Below, one piece after another: positions 42,593 to 52,708 of a stretch of DNA of 64,000 bases. How positions within the stretch are numbered: the stretch's first letter is position 1; every line of letters begins with the position of its first letter. Both the position numbers and the translations under genes were made by a program. The DNA lies in assembly GCA_963755915.1 (NCBI GenBank), contig CAVWLP010000002.1:3232001-3296000 (forward strand). The letters run 5' to 3'. The notes below the pieces were generated by a model. The model worked only from the letters and a program-made list of their open reading frames with translations, searched no databases and was not told the DNA's origin. The stretch is from an uncultured Phycisphaerales bacterium (GTDB taxonomy: Bacteria > Planctomycetota > Phycisphaerae > Tepidisphaerales > Tepidisphaeraceae).

Positions 42593-42814
42593 AGATTCAC
42601 ACATTAGGATAATTTGCAGCGAATGCAACAAAATAATCCGACTGGGGTAATGAGGGGCCTTGAAATGACATTCGGGGCAGGGAATAAACGCTGGAATAAC
42701 CAGCGGTTTTTCGGGCTTTCGGCGGGCCAACGGCGGCCATTTTGGCGGTAGTGGATTAGCCCGACGGATTTCGCCGATGTACGATCGCGCGGTCAAAACG
42801 CGGCATTTGCCGCA

Positions 42815-42830
42815 CAAATTGCGTAATTTG
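42815..42830. promoter_or_regulatory. Candidate operator (copy 2)
   Basis: Near-palindrome CAAATT-gcgt-AATTTG, 20 bp upstream of the -35 box. Confidence 0.55.
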
Positions 42831-42850
42831 CAAAATGCAGCATTTTTTCT

Positions 42851-42889
42851 TTGACACCCGCTAATGATCCGGTAGTATGCCAATTGGCA
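42851..42889 (+). promoter_or_regulatory. Sigma70-like promoter followed by a palindrome
   Basis: TTGACA (42851) N16 TAGTAT (42873), then perfect palindrome TGCCAATTGGCA (42878-42889). Confidence 0.6.
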
Positions 42890-42928
42890 ACAGTTTTGGT
42901 TCGTAGGTTTCCCGGTATTATTGCGAAC

Positions 42929-44098
42929 ATGCAAATCCTCTCACGTAAACCGCGATCTAACGTGCGTCTATCGACCGAACTGGAAGATTTGATCCGAGAA
43001 GCCATCTCCACCGGAAAGCTGAAGCCGGGACAGAAGCTTGGATCGGCCAAGGAATTGGCCAAGCAATGGAAAACCAGCTACGGCGCGGTCAGGCAGTCGC
43101 TAGAAACCCTCGCGGTAAAGGGACTTCTGGAGCGCCGGGCAAGAGCGGGAACATTCGTGAGTTCAGATCCCGAAATGATCGGTGCGGGCAAGACCACCAG
43201 AAGCAACGCTATTGGCCTGCTGGTACCCGACATCCGAATCCCCGAATACAGCATGGTCACCCGATGCGTGCAGGATGCTGCCAATCAAGCGGGACTCGAA
43301 GTGCTGGTCAGCAGTACTGACAATGAAAGATCCCGCTACGATCAGAGCATCCTGCGTCACCTGCACGCGGGCGTCGGCGGATTAATCCTCACTTCTCCGC
43401 ACCAATCGAAAATATCGCTTCAGGTTCTACTCGATATCGAAAAAAGCGGGATTCCTGCCGTCAATTATGCTCGGACGATCGATGTTGTGCGCTGGCCGAC
43501 GGTTCAATCGAACCTCTTTCGCGTCACGTATCTCGCTATTCAGCACCTGTGCGAACTGGGGCGTGAGCACATTGCGTTCTTTACTTATGGAAGCCCCGAA
43601 GTCCATTTCACCGAAACACATTATGGCCTGTACCGTGCGATCGCAGATTCCGGACTTTCCGCCAGAAATGTTGCTGAATTCACAATTCCGGACTCTTTTT
43701 ATCTCAATGGCTGGACCGACAACCAGGCGCTGGCGCGAGCTATCGATGAGTGGCTCGACCAGAATCCGAAAATCGACGCGATTTGCTGCATGCACGACCA
43801 CATTGCCGCGGTCGTACTTGGCCTTCTCCAGCAGCGATCGATCCGTGTGCCGGACGATATCGCCGTTACCGGCTGTGGCAATCTAGCCAGAATGTTCGGA
43901 CTTCCACCAGGAACGCTGACCACTGTTGATACGCACGTGGACAAGGCCGCGGTAGAGATGATTCGTCTGCTCCAATCACCACCTGACGACGTCAAATCCG
44001 ATAGCCAACTTTCCGTAATAACCATTCCCCCCGAGCTTGTATTGGGAAATTCAACCCGTGTGAACGGAGGTTCCCTCGCATCAAAACAAGATGCTTGA
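42929..44098 (+). CDS. GntR-HTH / LacI-type sugar-binding transcriptional regulator (AraR-like)
   Basis: GKLKPGQKL...ELAKQW..S...VRQSL..L...GLLERRARAGTFV then IGLLVPD, IRVPDDIAVTG, LTTVD. Confidence 0.93.
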   Translation: MQILSRKPRSNVRLSTELEDLIREAISTGKLKPGQKLGSAKELAKQWKTSYGAVRQSLETLAVKGLLERRARAGTFVSSDPEMIGAGKTTRSNAIGLLVPDIRIPEYSMVTRCVQDAANQAGLEVLVSSTDNERSRYDQSILRHLHAGVGGLILTSPHQSKISLQVLLDIEKSGIPAVNYARTIDVVRWPTVQSNLFRVTYLAIQHLCELGREHIAFFTYGSPEVHFTETHYGLYRAIADSGLSARNVAEFTIPDSFYLNGWTDNQALARAIDEWLDQNPKIDAICCMHDHIAAVVLGLLQQRSIRVPDDIAVTGCGNLARMFGLPPGTLTTVDTHVDKAAVEMIRLLQSPPDDVKSDSQLSVITIPPELVLGNSTRVNGGSLASKQDA

Positions 44099-44168
44099 TG
44101 GAGAGCTACACAATCGTGTGGATTGTGTGGGCGAAAATGCACCTTTTCTTCTAATACAGGTTTATGTC

Positions 44169-45044
44169 ATGAAAGCAATTATATATGCGGGTTTAGCGGC
44201 CATAGTACCAGGCCTGTTTCTCAAGAGCGCTTCCGCGGATGTGATTCCAACGGAGCCTTATACGTATTTCGCGGATAACTTTGATTCCCAAACCATTCCA
44301 CTGGGTGCTCCCCAGGTTGGAAACGGGTACAGCACTGCCGGAACTACGGGCAGCCCGTTCAGTCTCTCGACAAATCCGGCGCTTGGCACCCAGTCGCTGG
44401 AGGTTCAGCGTAATACCAATCCGCCTCCGCCGTTTCCCAACCCGACGCTAGCTGCAGAGTCGCTTAACGGCGCGCTGGTCGATGGTAACACTGTCGTCTT
44501 TAGTTGGGATGAGTACGCGAACTACTTGTACAACGCTCCGATTCAGGTCCAGCTTGGCTACAGCCCCCTGAGTACGGGTGTGCTCGAGTTCGTTGGAGTT
44601 AATGACCTACCGGCCGGCGACATCTTCTACACCAATTCGAGCGGAACCCAGGTCTCCACCGGCGTCCATCCGTCTTTGAACGCGTGGGACCACCTTACCG
44701 TGGTCATGAACTTGTCCGAGTTCGTTGTGGCCGGTGGTCCCAATTACATGACAGGAACAATGGATTTCTGGGTTGCCCAAAATGGGGGACCGGAAACCGA
44801 GCTGGCGAGCGATGTTGCGTTGCCGTATGCGCAAATCCCGGCGGCAGATATTGTAGACGGGCTCGATCCATCGACTTCAGCGACGCTTCAGATTCAGAAG
44901 GGATCGTCCTCCGGAATCGACTATTACGACAACCTCAGCATCACCGGAGCGGACGCGCCGACGTTCGTTCCTGAGCCGGTGTCGCTAATGGGTCTGGTGG
45001 TTTGCAGTATTTTTGGTTTTTCACGCCGAACCGTTCGGCGTTGA
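44169..45044 (+). CDS. Short PEP-CTERM protein, paralogue of the N-terminal domain of 26677-28554
   Basis: Signal peptide; shares TGSPFSLSTNPALGTQSL, FSWDEY, VAGGPNYMTGTM, ALPYAQIP, YYDNL; VPEP-TM-RR. Confidence 0.9.
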   Translation: MKAIIYAGLAAIVPGLFLKSASADVIPTEPYTYFADNFDSQTIPLGAPQVGNGYSTAGTTGSPFSLSTNPALGTQSLEVQRNTNPPPPFPNPTLAAESLNGALVDGNTVVFSWDEYANYLYNAPIQVQLGYSPLSTGVLEFVGVNDLPAGDIFYTNSSGTQVSTGVHPSLNAWDHLTVVMNLSEFVVAGGPNYMTGTMDFWVAQNGGPETELASDVALPYAQIPAADIVDGLDPSTSATLQIQKGSSSGIDYYDNLSITGADAPTFVPEPVSLMGLVVCSIFGFSRRTVRR

Positions 45045-45054
45045 TTCCTTCGAT

Positions 45055-45098
45055 GCGGTGCCTCGCATCGCCCTGATGCGGGGCATCGCTTCTCTTTC
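45055..45098 (+). terminator. Intrinsic terminator-like hairpin
   Basis: 15-bp stem gcggtgcctcgcatc / gatgcggggcatcgc (two G-U pairs), 5-nt loop, then ttctctttc. Confidence 0.7.
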
Positions 45099-45218
45099 AG
45101 ACCAGACGACCTCCTGGCCAGTTTTCCTTCGGGCGGCGGAACGAGTTAAGGATAAGGATTATTTGTCATGCTTTACTCTTGCACTCGAAACCATGTCGTC
45201 CGAACCAAAGGTGGATCT

Positions 45219-46001
45219 ATGCGTCGAACACATAGTCCAGGATTCACGCTCGTGGAATTACTGGTTGTCATCGGAATCATCGCTGTGCTTGTCGGCATTC
45301 TACTGCCCGCTCTCACCAAGGCCCGAAAACAGGCTTATACGGTGCAGTGCGCTTCCAATCTTCGTCAGATTGGTATAGCGACTTTGGAGTACTCGAATGA
45401 TTGGGGGGGTGTGCTGATGCCACTGGACCATCCGTTCAATCCACCTCCTTTTCCGCTTGCTCCTTACGACACATGGTTCTGGGATCTCGACAAATACGTG
45501 GGTCTTCCGGATCCAACGGCCGCCAATATCAATTCGATCGACACTATGACTGACGGAAGTGGCGGCAATGTTCGTTTGTTTCACTGCCCATCCCAAGTTG
45601 ATGATTTTGAATTTCAGGGAACTGGATTTAGATACGGGATGAACATTTTCATTTGCAGCTTGGTGCAGGGGAGGGCGTATATCCAACTGAACAAGATTAA
45701 CCAAATACGTCACGCGGCAGACATTATCTACATCACCGACTCAATGGATGCCAACGGCGCAAGCCAGGATCCACGCTTTCTCTATAACACACCTTATCAG
45801 GATGCGTACTTTATTTATTCAAGATGCTGGGGCTTGCCATATGACATTCCTCCTTCGAATCGTCACTCCGGCGGCTCCAATGTTCTGTATCTTGACGGCT
45901 CGGTCCGACTCATGGGGCTGAACGACATCTTCCCGTACTACAACGAGCCCTACGACAATCCGCAGTCGAGAATGTGGGATTACCGGCTTTCCCAGGGTTG
46001 A
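45219..46001 (+). CDS. Prepilin-type N-methylation protein, DUF1559-like with H-X9-DG motif
   Basis: [56 protein letters not shown]. Confidence 0.95.
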   Translation: MRRTHSPGFTLVELLVVIGIIAVLVGILLPALTKARKQAYTVQCASNLRQIGIATLEYSNDWGGVLMPLDHPFNPPPFPLAPYDTWFWDLDKYVGLPDPTAANINSIDTMTDGSGGNVRLFHCPSQVDDFEFQGTGFRYGMNIFICSLVQGRAYIQLNKINQIRHAADIIYITDSMDANGASQDPRFLYNTPYQDAYFIYSRCWGLPYDIPPSNRHSGGSNVLYLDGSVRLMGLNDIFPYYNEPYDNPQSRMWDYRLSQG

Positions 46002-46037
46002 CTCTTGCCTTCGCAGTCCGGCGCTTGCAAGAGACGT

Positions 46038-46886
46038 ATGCAATCCACTGAAACAAGACCCGAGAGTTTGACCGCCACCATCGGCGATCTGCTGGTTCGA
46101 ATTGACGGGCCCAAACTCTGGACATTGAGCCGCATCGAATGGCGCGGAAAGCTGATGGCCGTCGAGGATAGCTGCTACGGGACGACGATCATGGTTCCGG
46201 GCGTGGGCCCGATCGGGTCAGGACATTATGAAGTTGAATCGGAAAACGTGACTGAGCTGAGTTTTTCCATCGATGATCAACCGCTCAATTCGATTTCGTC
46301 AACCATGAATATTCGAGGCGATTATTTTCGCGTGAATCGAAAATCGACGATGCGATCGTTGGGATTGGATTCAATGCTGGAAGTGCAAGGCGACACCATC
46401 GTCCAGTCCGTGCACATTACCAATAACCGTCCCATCGAACTCACCGCTCTTTATCCCCTCATGTACGCATGGGCCCCGAGCTGTACTTCTTTCATATTCG
46501 GATGCGAAGACGGCCAGGAAGTCGAAAGACGCTTTCTGACCGAGCGGCAAGAAAAAGCGCAATACACGTTTCAGCGAGGCGCCCGATGGGCAGCCGTTTA
46601 TGATGCGGACAATGGCATCGGTAGCGTCACCCGCGTCCTCGCGGAGGCAACCACCGGAGACAGGGTCTTTCTGCTCTCCGACGCTCCGGAAATCTATCGC
46701 AAGCTTTATTTGAAATGTTTCTCCGACTCCGTAATCCCCGCCGGATTCGACGGCAAGTACCGCGTGATCCTCGGGTTCTTCACTGCAAATCAGGATAACT
46801 GGAAATTACGAGCGAGAGATCGTGCACGCGAACTCGGTGTATCTGAATCGCGATCTGTTTATCAGCGTCAAGGGGCGACGAAGTGA
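46038..46886 (+). CDS. Hypothetical protein, predicted beta-rich
   Basis: Long ORF within operon, no signal peptide, no motif recognised. Confidence 0.7.
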   Translation: MQSTETRPESLTATIGDLLVRIDGPKLWTLSRIEWRGKLMAVEDSCYGTTIMVPGVGPIGSGHYEVESENVTELSFSIDDQPLNSISSTMNIRGDYFRVNRKSTMRSLGLDSMLEVQGDTIVQSVHITNNRPIELTALYPLMYAWAPSCTSFIFGCEDGQEVERRFLTERQEKAQYTFQRGARWAAVYDADNGIGSVTRVLAEATTGDRVFLLSDAPEIYRKLYLKCFSDSVIPAGFDGKYRVILGFFTANQDNWKLRARDRARELGVSESRSVYQRQGATK

Positions 46887-46909
46887 ATCACAAACTTGGA
46901 GCCTCTTCA

Positions 46910-49578
46910 ATGCGACCAATTGTGCTGGCTGTATTAGTTCTCGGCGCACTCAGCGCTGCCGCCTCCGCTCAACCAGCCCCTTTCAACATGTACGTCATCC
47001 CCAGTTGGGGCGATATGACATTTGTTTATGGTCCCGGCACGGACCCCGCGATGGAAAACGAGCCGGACATGGAAGCAATGGTCCGGCATTGGAAGGATCG
47101 AGGGTTCACCGGCATATTCCTCCGATCCGATCTCAGGCAGTTCCCCCCGGGATCCATCATTCGAAACTCCGCGAACTCGCAGAAAGAGTCCACTCTCGCC
47201 ATCGCCTGGCACATCATCGACGAGGTGCAGGCAAAGTGTGATCCGCACCTCGCCCTCAGCGAGGCTTCGAAGAAGCTCGGGTTCGAATATTGGATCTGGC
47301 ACCCCTACATCTATAGCGACGGCGCACCCCCAAATGTGGGAGTTCCAGGCCCCGGCCGCATGGTCCCATGGTCCTACATGCGCACCTATCAGTACCAGCA
47401 CCCGGAAGTCATCTCCGTCGATCGCGAAGGCAACAAGCAGTGGATGGTCCCCGAATACGCATACCCCGGCGCCGCGCCGACAAGGTCAACGAATTTGCCT
47501 ACATGGCCCGCACCTATCATCCCACCGGAATCATGGCATCGATGCGCAGTGAGTCGAGCCAGTTGATCGATCCCCCCAATAGCGGCGACCAGTACGGCTT
47601 TAACCAGCCCATCGTCGACGCCATGAAAGCCAAGTACAACGTAGACATCCTCACCGATCCGCGTTTCGACTATAAGTCTCCCTCTTTCAACATCCACGAC
47701 CCCATGGTCGAAAACTGGCGCGATCTGCGCGGCACCTACATCACTCAGCTCTACCGCGAAATACGCCAGGCAATGAAGGCCGCCGACCCGAACGTAAAAT
47801 TCGCTGTCTGCCTGTCCGGCGAATACGTCGGCCCCATCATCGGCAACGCCAAACTGGAATGGCGCAAGTGGATCGACGAAGGCATTGTCGATGCGATTGC
47901 CTTGCCGGTTACTTTTGAAGCAACCTACGATCTTGACGCGTCCAACAAAGGTTATCTAACCGACGTTCGCGCAGGCGTGGGGTCGGTAACTACCGATGAG
48001 GTAAAGCAGTACATTCTTCACAGCGCCCATCCTGAAATTAAGGTGATCGAAACCGGCGCACCCGCCTATTTCTACCCCCCTCCGGCCCGGGGCGCCGATG
48101 CCTGGCAGTGCGACATCTGGTATGACACCTACGATATCGCCTGGGCCCAGCGCTGGCAGCAATGGATGAGCGACCTGCGCCAGACCGGTTCCATCAAGTT
48201 CTTCGCCCAAACTTTCGACGATTTCCCCGTGAAAAGCACTGGAATCTCCGGCGGATATGGCGATGGACGATATAATCCCGATCTTCACGCCTGTCCCGGC
48301 GTCTGGTATCCACTCGGCGACGGGTCAAGCGCGCTCGCCTATGTCCAGCAGGATGTCCATCGGGGAGATACCGGTAATGCGATCGAGCTAACCGGAAAGG
48401 ATGTCATGGCAGTTCATCAATGCTGCCCTGATCGAAGCTTGTATGCCGGGACAAACGACACCGCCATCGCCAACGGCAAAGCCACTTTTTCCTTCTGGAT
48501 CAATCGCCAGACCGCTCAAAGTGCGCTTACTGTCTATTTCACCGGCACCACCAATTATGAGAAGGATGTAGCTGTTCGCGTTGAGCCCGGATCGGGAAAT
48601 CTCTCCTATGCCGATCATAGCAATTGGGTAAAAACTGATCAGGTCGTTCCCGTCGGCACGTGGTCAGAGATCACCATTGAAGTGAACCTCGATGCCATGA
48701 CCTATTCCGCGGAATTCGGCGAATCCAGGTCACCAATCTGCCACGATATCGGCATCGCTCCGGCCGTCAAACGATTCGTCGAACTGAACGGCGTAAACCA
48801 ACAAATCGAAGTGCCGTCGTATAGAATCTTCAACGCGTTGATGTTCGTTCCTCCCGAAGGGCAGAAAGACGCCGTCTATCTCGATGACGTGTCGGTGGAT
48901 TGGGTCCCGACCTTGTACTTCTCAGAACCCGGCAAACGCTCGTTCCTCGCCGATACCTTTGAGAACGATTCTGTCGGTTCGTCAGATTTCGGATCAAATT
49001 GGCATGTCGAGAATCCGACCGATTCTCAACGATCGTTTTTCATCCAGAACACGACCTCATTCGGATCTGGTGTTAAATGCGTCGAGGCCAATGGTGGCGG
49101 AAAATTAACCGCCGATTTCGGGCAACAACTCACTCCCGCCTCCGCCAACGGCAAAATCGTCCTCGATCTCGACGTCTTTCTTCGCTCGAACAAGGACTAC
49201 CCTTATCTTCTTCCCGATCCGAGCACCCGATCAGCCCATAGTTTCTCGATTTCGTTCCAACCCTCGGGTTCTGACTCCGCCTTCGTTTCAATAGACAACA
49301 ATGGCGGAACCTGGCGCCTTTGGAACGGCACCCAATTCATCGACACCGGCAAACTGGTCACTTACGACGTTTGGCAGCATCTGCAGGTTGCCGTCGATCT
49401 GAACTCGAAAACTTACGCGCTCGTCGCCCAACCCGTCGGCGGCCTTCCGACACCCATCGGAAGCACGGGTTTCAGCAATACTCTGGACAACAACCAGAGC
49501 ATTCAATTGGTCATCAAGCCCTCGAAAGAGCCGGATCACATTAGCTGTTATGACAACGTGGTTGTAACAAGCAACTGA
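46910..49578 (+). CDS. Secreted GHL10-like TIM barrel + two beta-sandwich domains; apparent 1-nt deletion ~47473
   Basis: Signal peptide; EYAYPGA(R)ADKVNEF restored by one base; RGTYITQLYREIR, EWRKWIDEGIVD; collinear with 14692-17416. Confidence 0.82.
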
Positions 49579-49611
49579 GAGTGGTTTTATAGTTGTACGC
49601 GGTGGCGGAAT

Positions 49612-50313
49612 ATGAATTCATATATTGAGGAGTTCGATCAAGGTCCTGGAGGCTGGCTGAAGATTGTCGACAACTGGCATGTTCCGGCGCCATTGCCGGT
49701 TCATGACAGTGCAGTCTGGTGCTACGGCCCATGGTGGGTTGACTATAACCATGCCCCTCCGGGAGGGGGGTACCTCCAGTTGTTAGCCTGCCTGGCGACT
49801 CGGGGCCCTGTGGGTGAAGTCGCCCGCGAGGTCGGCGGAACAAACCGATTTGTGGCGGACAAGTTTCCGTGCAATTTCACCGATGCGACGATTTCGGTTC
49901 GCCTTAAAGGTGAACTCGAGCCCTCCGATTCTAAAGTCTACCTGCTGGTACAGGGGATGCAGGAGGGTGTCTGTTCCGGTTGGGTGCTGACCGGGCAGCC
50001 GATCGAAGTGAAGAAGGAATATTCAGAGACAAGGTTAAAAGCGGTCGGCGACGAGCGGAAGTGGACCAGTTTAGGCGCACGGCACGATCGGCGTGAAACT
50101 TACGGATCCAAGCCGCTGGCGAAGGTCCTGAGCAGTGTAGACGTGAACATCTATCTGGTGTTCTTCAATCTGAAACCCCGACCGATGGGCCCTGTTCAGG
50201 GCGATCCACACATTCTGCGTGCCGGGCGCGACTATCCAATCTGGCCTTCCAGCATCGCCCAGGGTTATGTGGCGATTGACAGAATTCAAATCGATTTTGC
50301 GAGGACTCGATGA
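49612..50313 (+). CDS. Hypothetical protein
   Basis: 233-aa ORF, ATGA-coupled to next gene; PWWVDYNHAPPGGGYL. Confidence 0.75.
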   Translation: MNSYIEEFDQGPGGWLKIVDNWHVPAPLPVHDSAVWCYGPWWVDYNHAPPGGGYLQLLACLATRGPVGEVAREVGGTNRFVADKFPCNFTDATISVRLKGELEPSDSKVYLLVQGMQEGVCSGWVLTGQPIEVKKEYSETRLKAVGDERKWTSLGARHDRRETYGSKPLAKVLSSVDVNIYLVFFNLKPRPMGPVQGDPHILRAGRDYPIWPSSIAQGYVAIDRIQIDFARTR

Positions 50314-52674
50314 GCAACTCCACAATCGTTACTCCAGCGGCCAAGATTCCGTTTTGTTACGATCCGACGCAATTCCAGGTAACCGAGCGCGATCGTGAAC
50401 TATTCGAAAAGTTTTTGGCCAGCTTTGTTCCGCCAGACGCCTTTGATGCGCACGGGCACTGGTATGACCAGCGCATCTTCGCACCGGATGCCGCCGCCGA
50501 ACAATTTGATGGCGGCCCCTGGGTTGGACACCAGCGTTATGAATCGTCGGTCAGTGGCTGGATGGGCGAAAAATGTCCGCGCAACGGTCTGTTTTTTCCA
50601 ATGCCTGCGCGGCTTGGATAGTGCCGCGGCCAATAGACAAATTCTGCAGGAAACCAGCCTATACGCGGGAAGCCGCTGCCTGCTCATGGTCACGCCAAAC
50701 GGCGATCCGGCCGATGTGGAAAGACAGGTTCGAAATCGGGCGGTAGCGGGTTTCAAGGTATACCACCTCTTCGCCAGAAGACCGGACTCGTTCAACGCGC
50801 CGCCCGAAGAGTACATTCCGCAATGGGCCTGGGAATTGGCCGATCAGCATGGTCTTAGCATCCTGCTGCATATCGTGATGCAACGATCTCTGGCGGAACC
50901 GCAGAATCAGCAATATATCCGCAAGAATTGCACTCGGTTTCCCAACGCGCGGCTGATTCTCGCGCACGCAGGCAGAGGCTTTTGCGGACGACATACCGTC
51001 GAAGGGATTGACGCTTTGCGCGGGTTGGGCAACCTGTATTTTGACACTTCGGTTGCGTGTGAGCCGGAAGCGATACAGGCAATCATCGCCGCGTTCGGAT
51101 GCAGACGGCTTATGTTCGGCACCGACTTTCCGCTCTCAGAAATACATGCAAGAGCGGTGAACCTTGGCGACGGATTTCAATGGCTGTATGAGCACGAAAT
51201 GTCGCCGTCCGACGCGGACAAGTGCACGTTGGCCGGAATCGAATCGCTCCTGGCGCTTAAACAGGCATGCCAAACCTTGCACCTGTCGGATTCCGATGTT
51301 GAGCAGATATTCAGGACAAACGCCCTCTACTTGCTGAACCTTCGCGCGAGACCCGCCACGGATAACGATGCAAACCAGACGCTGTACCGAGAGGCAAAGC
51401 AATTCATTCCGGGGGGAGTACAGCTCCTCAGCAAACGGCCCGAACAATACGCGCCGGACAAGTGGCCGGCGTATTTCAGCGAGGCGCGGGGCTGCGAAGT
51501 ATTTGATTTGGAGGGACGAAGATATTTGGATTTTGCAACGAACGGAATTGGCAGTTGCCTGTTGGGATATGCGCATCCCGGGGTCACGGCTGCAGTGCTG
51601 CGGCGCGTTCAGCTTGGATCGATGTCGACGCTGAATAGCCCCGAAGAAGTTGAACTTGCCCGAATACTTATAGGAATGCACCCGTGGGCGCAGAAAATTC
51701 GCCTGGGACGAAGCGGGGGTGAGGCACTCGCGATCGCGGTGCGCATTGCTCGAGCCGCTACACGCCGAGATGTTGTCGCCTTCTGCGGATACCACGGGTG
51801 GTCCGACTGGTACCTGGCGGCCAACCTCGGCGACGGGAACGCCTTGGAGGGTCATCTCCTTTCCGGTTTGAATCCCGCAGGAGTTCCACAAGCGCTGCGC
51901 GGAACCGCGCTTCCATTCGCTTACAACAAGATTGATGAGCTCAAGAAGATCGCCAGGGAGCACGGCGGCCGTTTGGCCGCTGTCGTGATGGAGCCCTTGC
52001 GGGCGGTGATGCCGGTCGACGGGTTTCTGCAGGAAGTTCGCCAGCTTTGCGATGAATCCGGATCGCGACTTATTTTTGACGAAGTCACCACCGGTTTTCG
52101 CCTGCATCGCGGCGGTGTGCATCTGGGACTCGGAGTTAATCCAGATGTCGCGGTGTTCGCCAAGGCATTGGGCAACGGACATCCGATCGCAGCCATCATC
52201 GGTAAAGCGTCTACGATGGATGCGGCCCAGGGATCGTTTATTTCAAGCACGTATTGGACCGAAGGCGTCGGCCCCACGGCGGCGACGGCAGTTTTGCGGG
52301 AGATGAATCAAATCGATCTCCCGGCCCACGTTCGACGCATCGGGACATCCGTTCGTCAGATTCTGAGCGCGCTTGCTGCTTCAGGAAATGTTCCTCTGCA
52401 GTTGACTGGGGCGCCGGCCCAGACATACCTGGGCTTCGATCACCCAGAGGCAAATGCTCTCATGACGCTATTCACGACGCGCATGCTGGACAAAGGCTTT
52501 CTATGCGGCGGCGCCTTTTATCCGACCTTGGCGCACAACGACCAGGCGATCGAAGCATTTGCACAAGCGGCGGAGCCGGTGCTGGCCGAATTGTCACAAG
52601 CGATTCGCGCGGGCGATGTCATGCAGCGGATTGGCGGAAAGGTACGGCATTCGGGCTTTCGTCGTTTGAACTGA
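50310..52674 (+). CDS. Amidohydrolase + class III aminotransferase (GSA-aminomutase-like) fusion; apparent 1-nt deletion ~50610
   Basis: FDAHGH, GFKVYH, LAHAGRGF, YFDTS, FGTDFP; then QLLSKRPE...WPAYF, GYHGW, IFDEVTTGFR, FAKALGNG. Confidence 0.88.
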
Positions 52675-52708
52675 CCCGATCAGTGTTTTTGTTGGAGCGG
52701 GAGTTTTT

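Noticed and set aside
26677-45044. Diversity-generating retroelement template/variable repeat pair
   Set aside because: No reverse transcriptase; both copies are full coding paralogues with ordinary divergence
11200-50620. Programmed ribosomal frameshifting or phase variation
   Set aside because: No shared slippery heptamer or long homopolymer; unrelated enzymes affected alike
51380-52674. Calling the aminotransferase hemL
   Set aside because: QLLSKR instead of the HemL VNSPVR motif, fused to an amidohydrolase, no haem genes nearby
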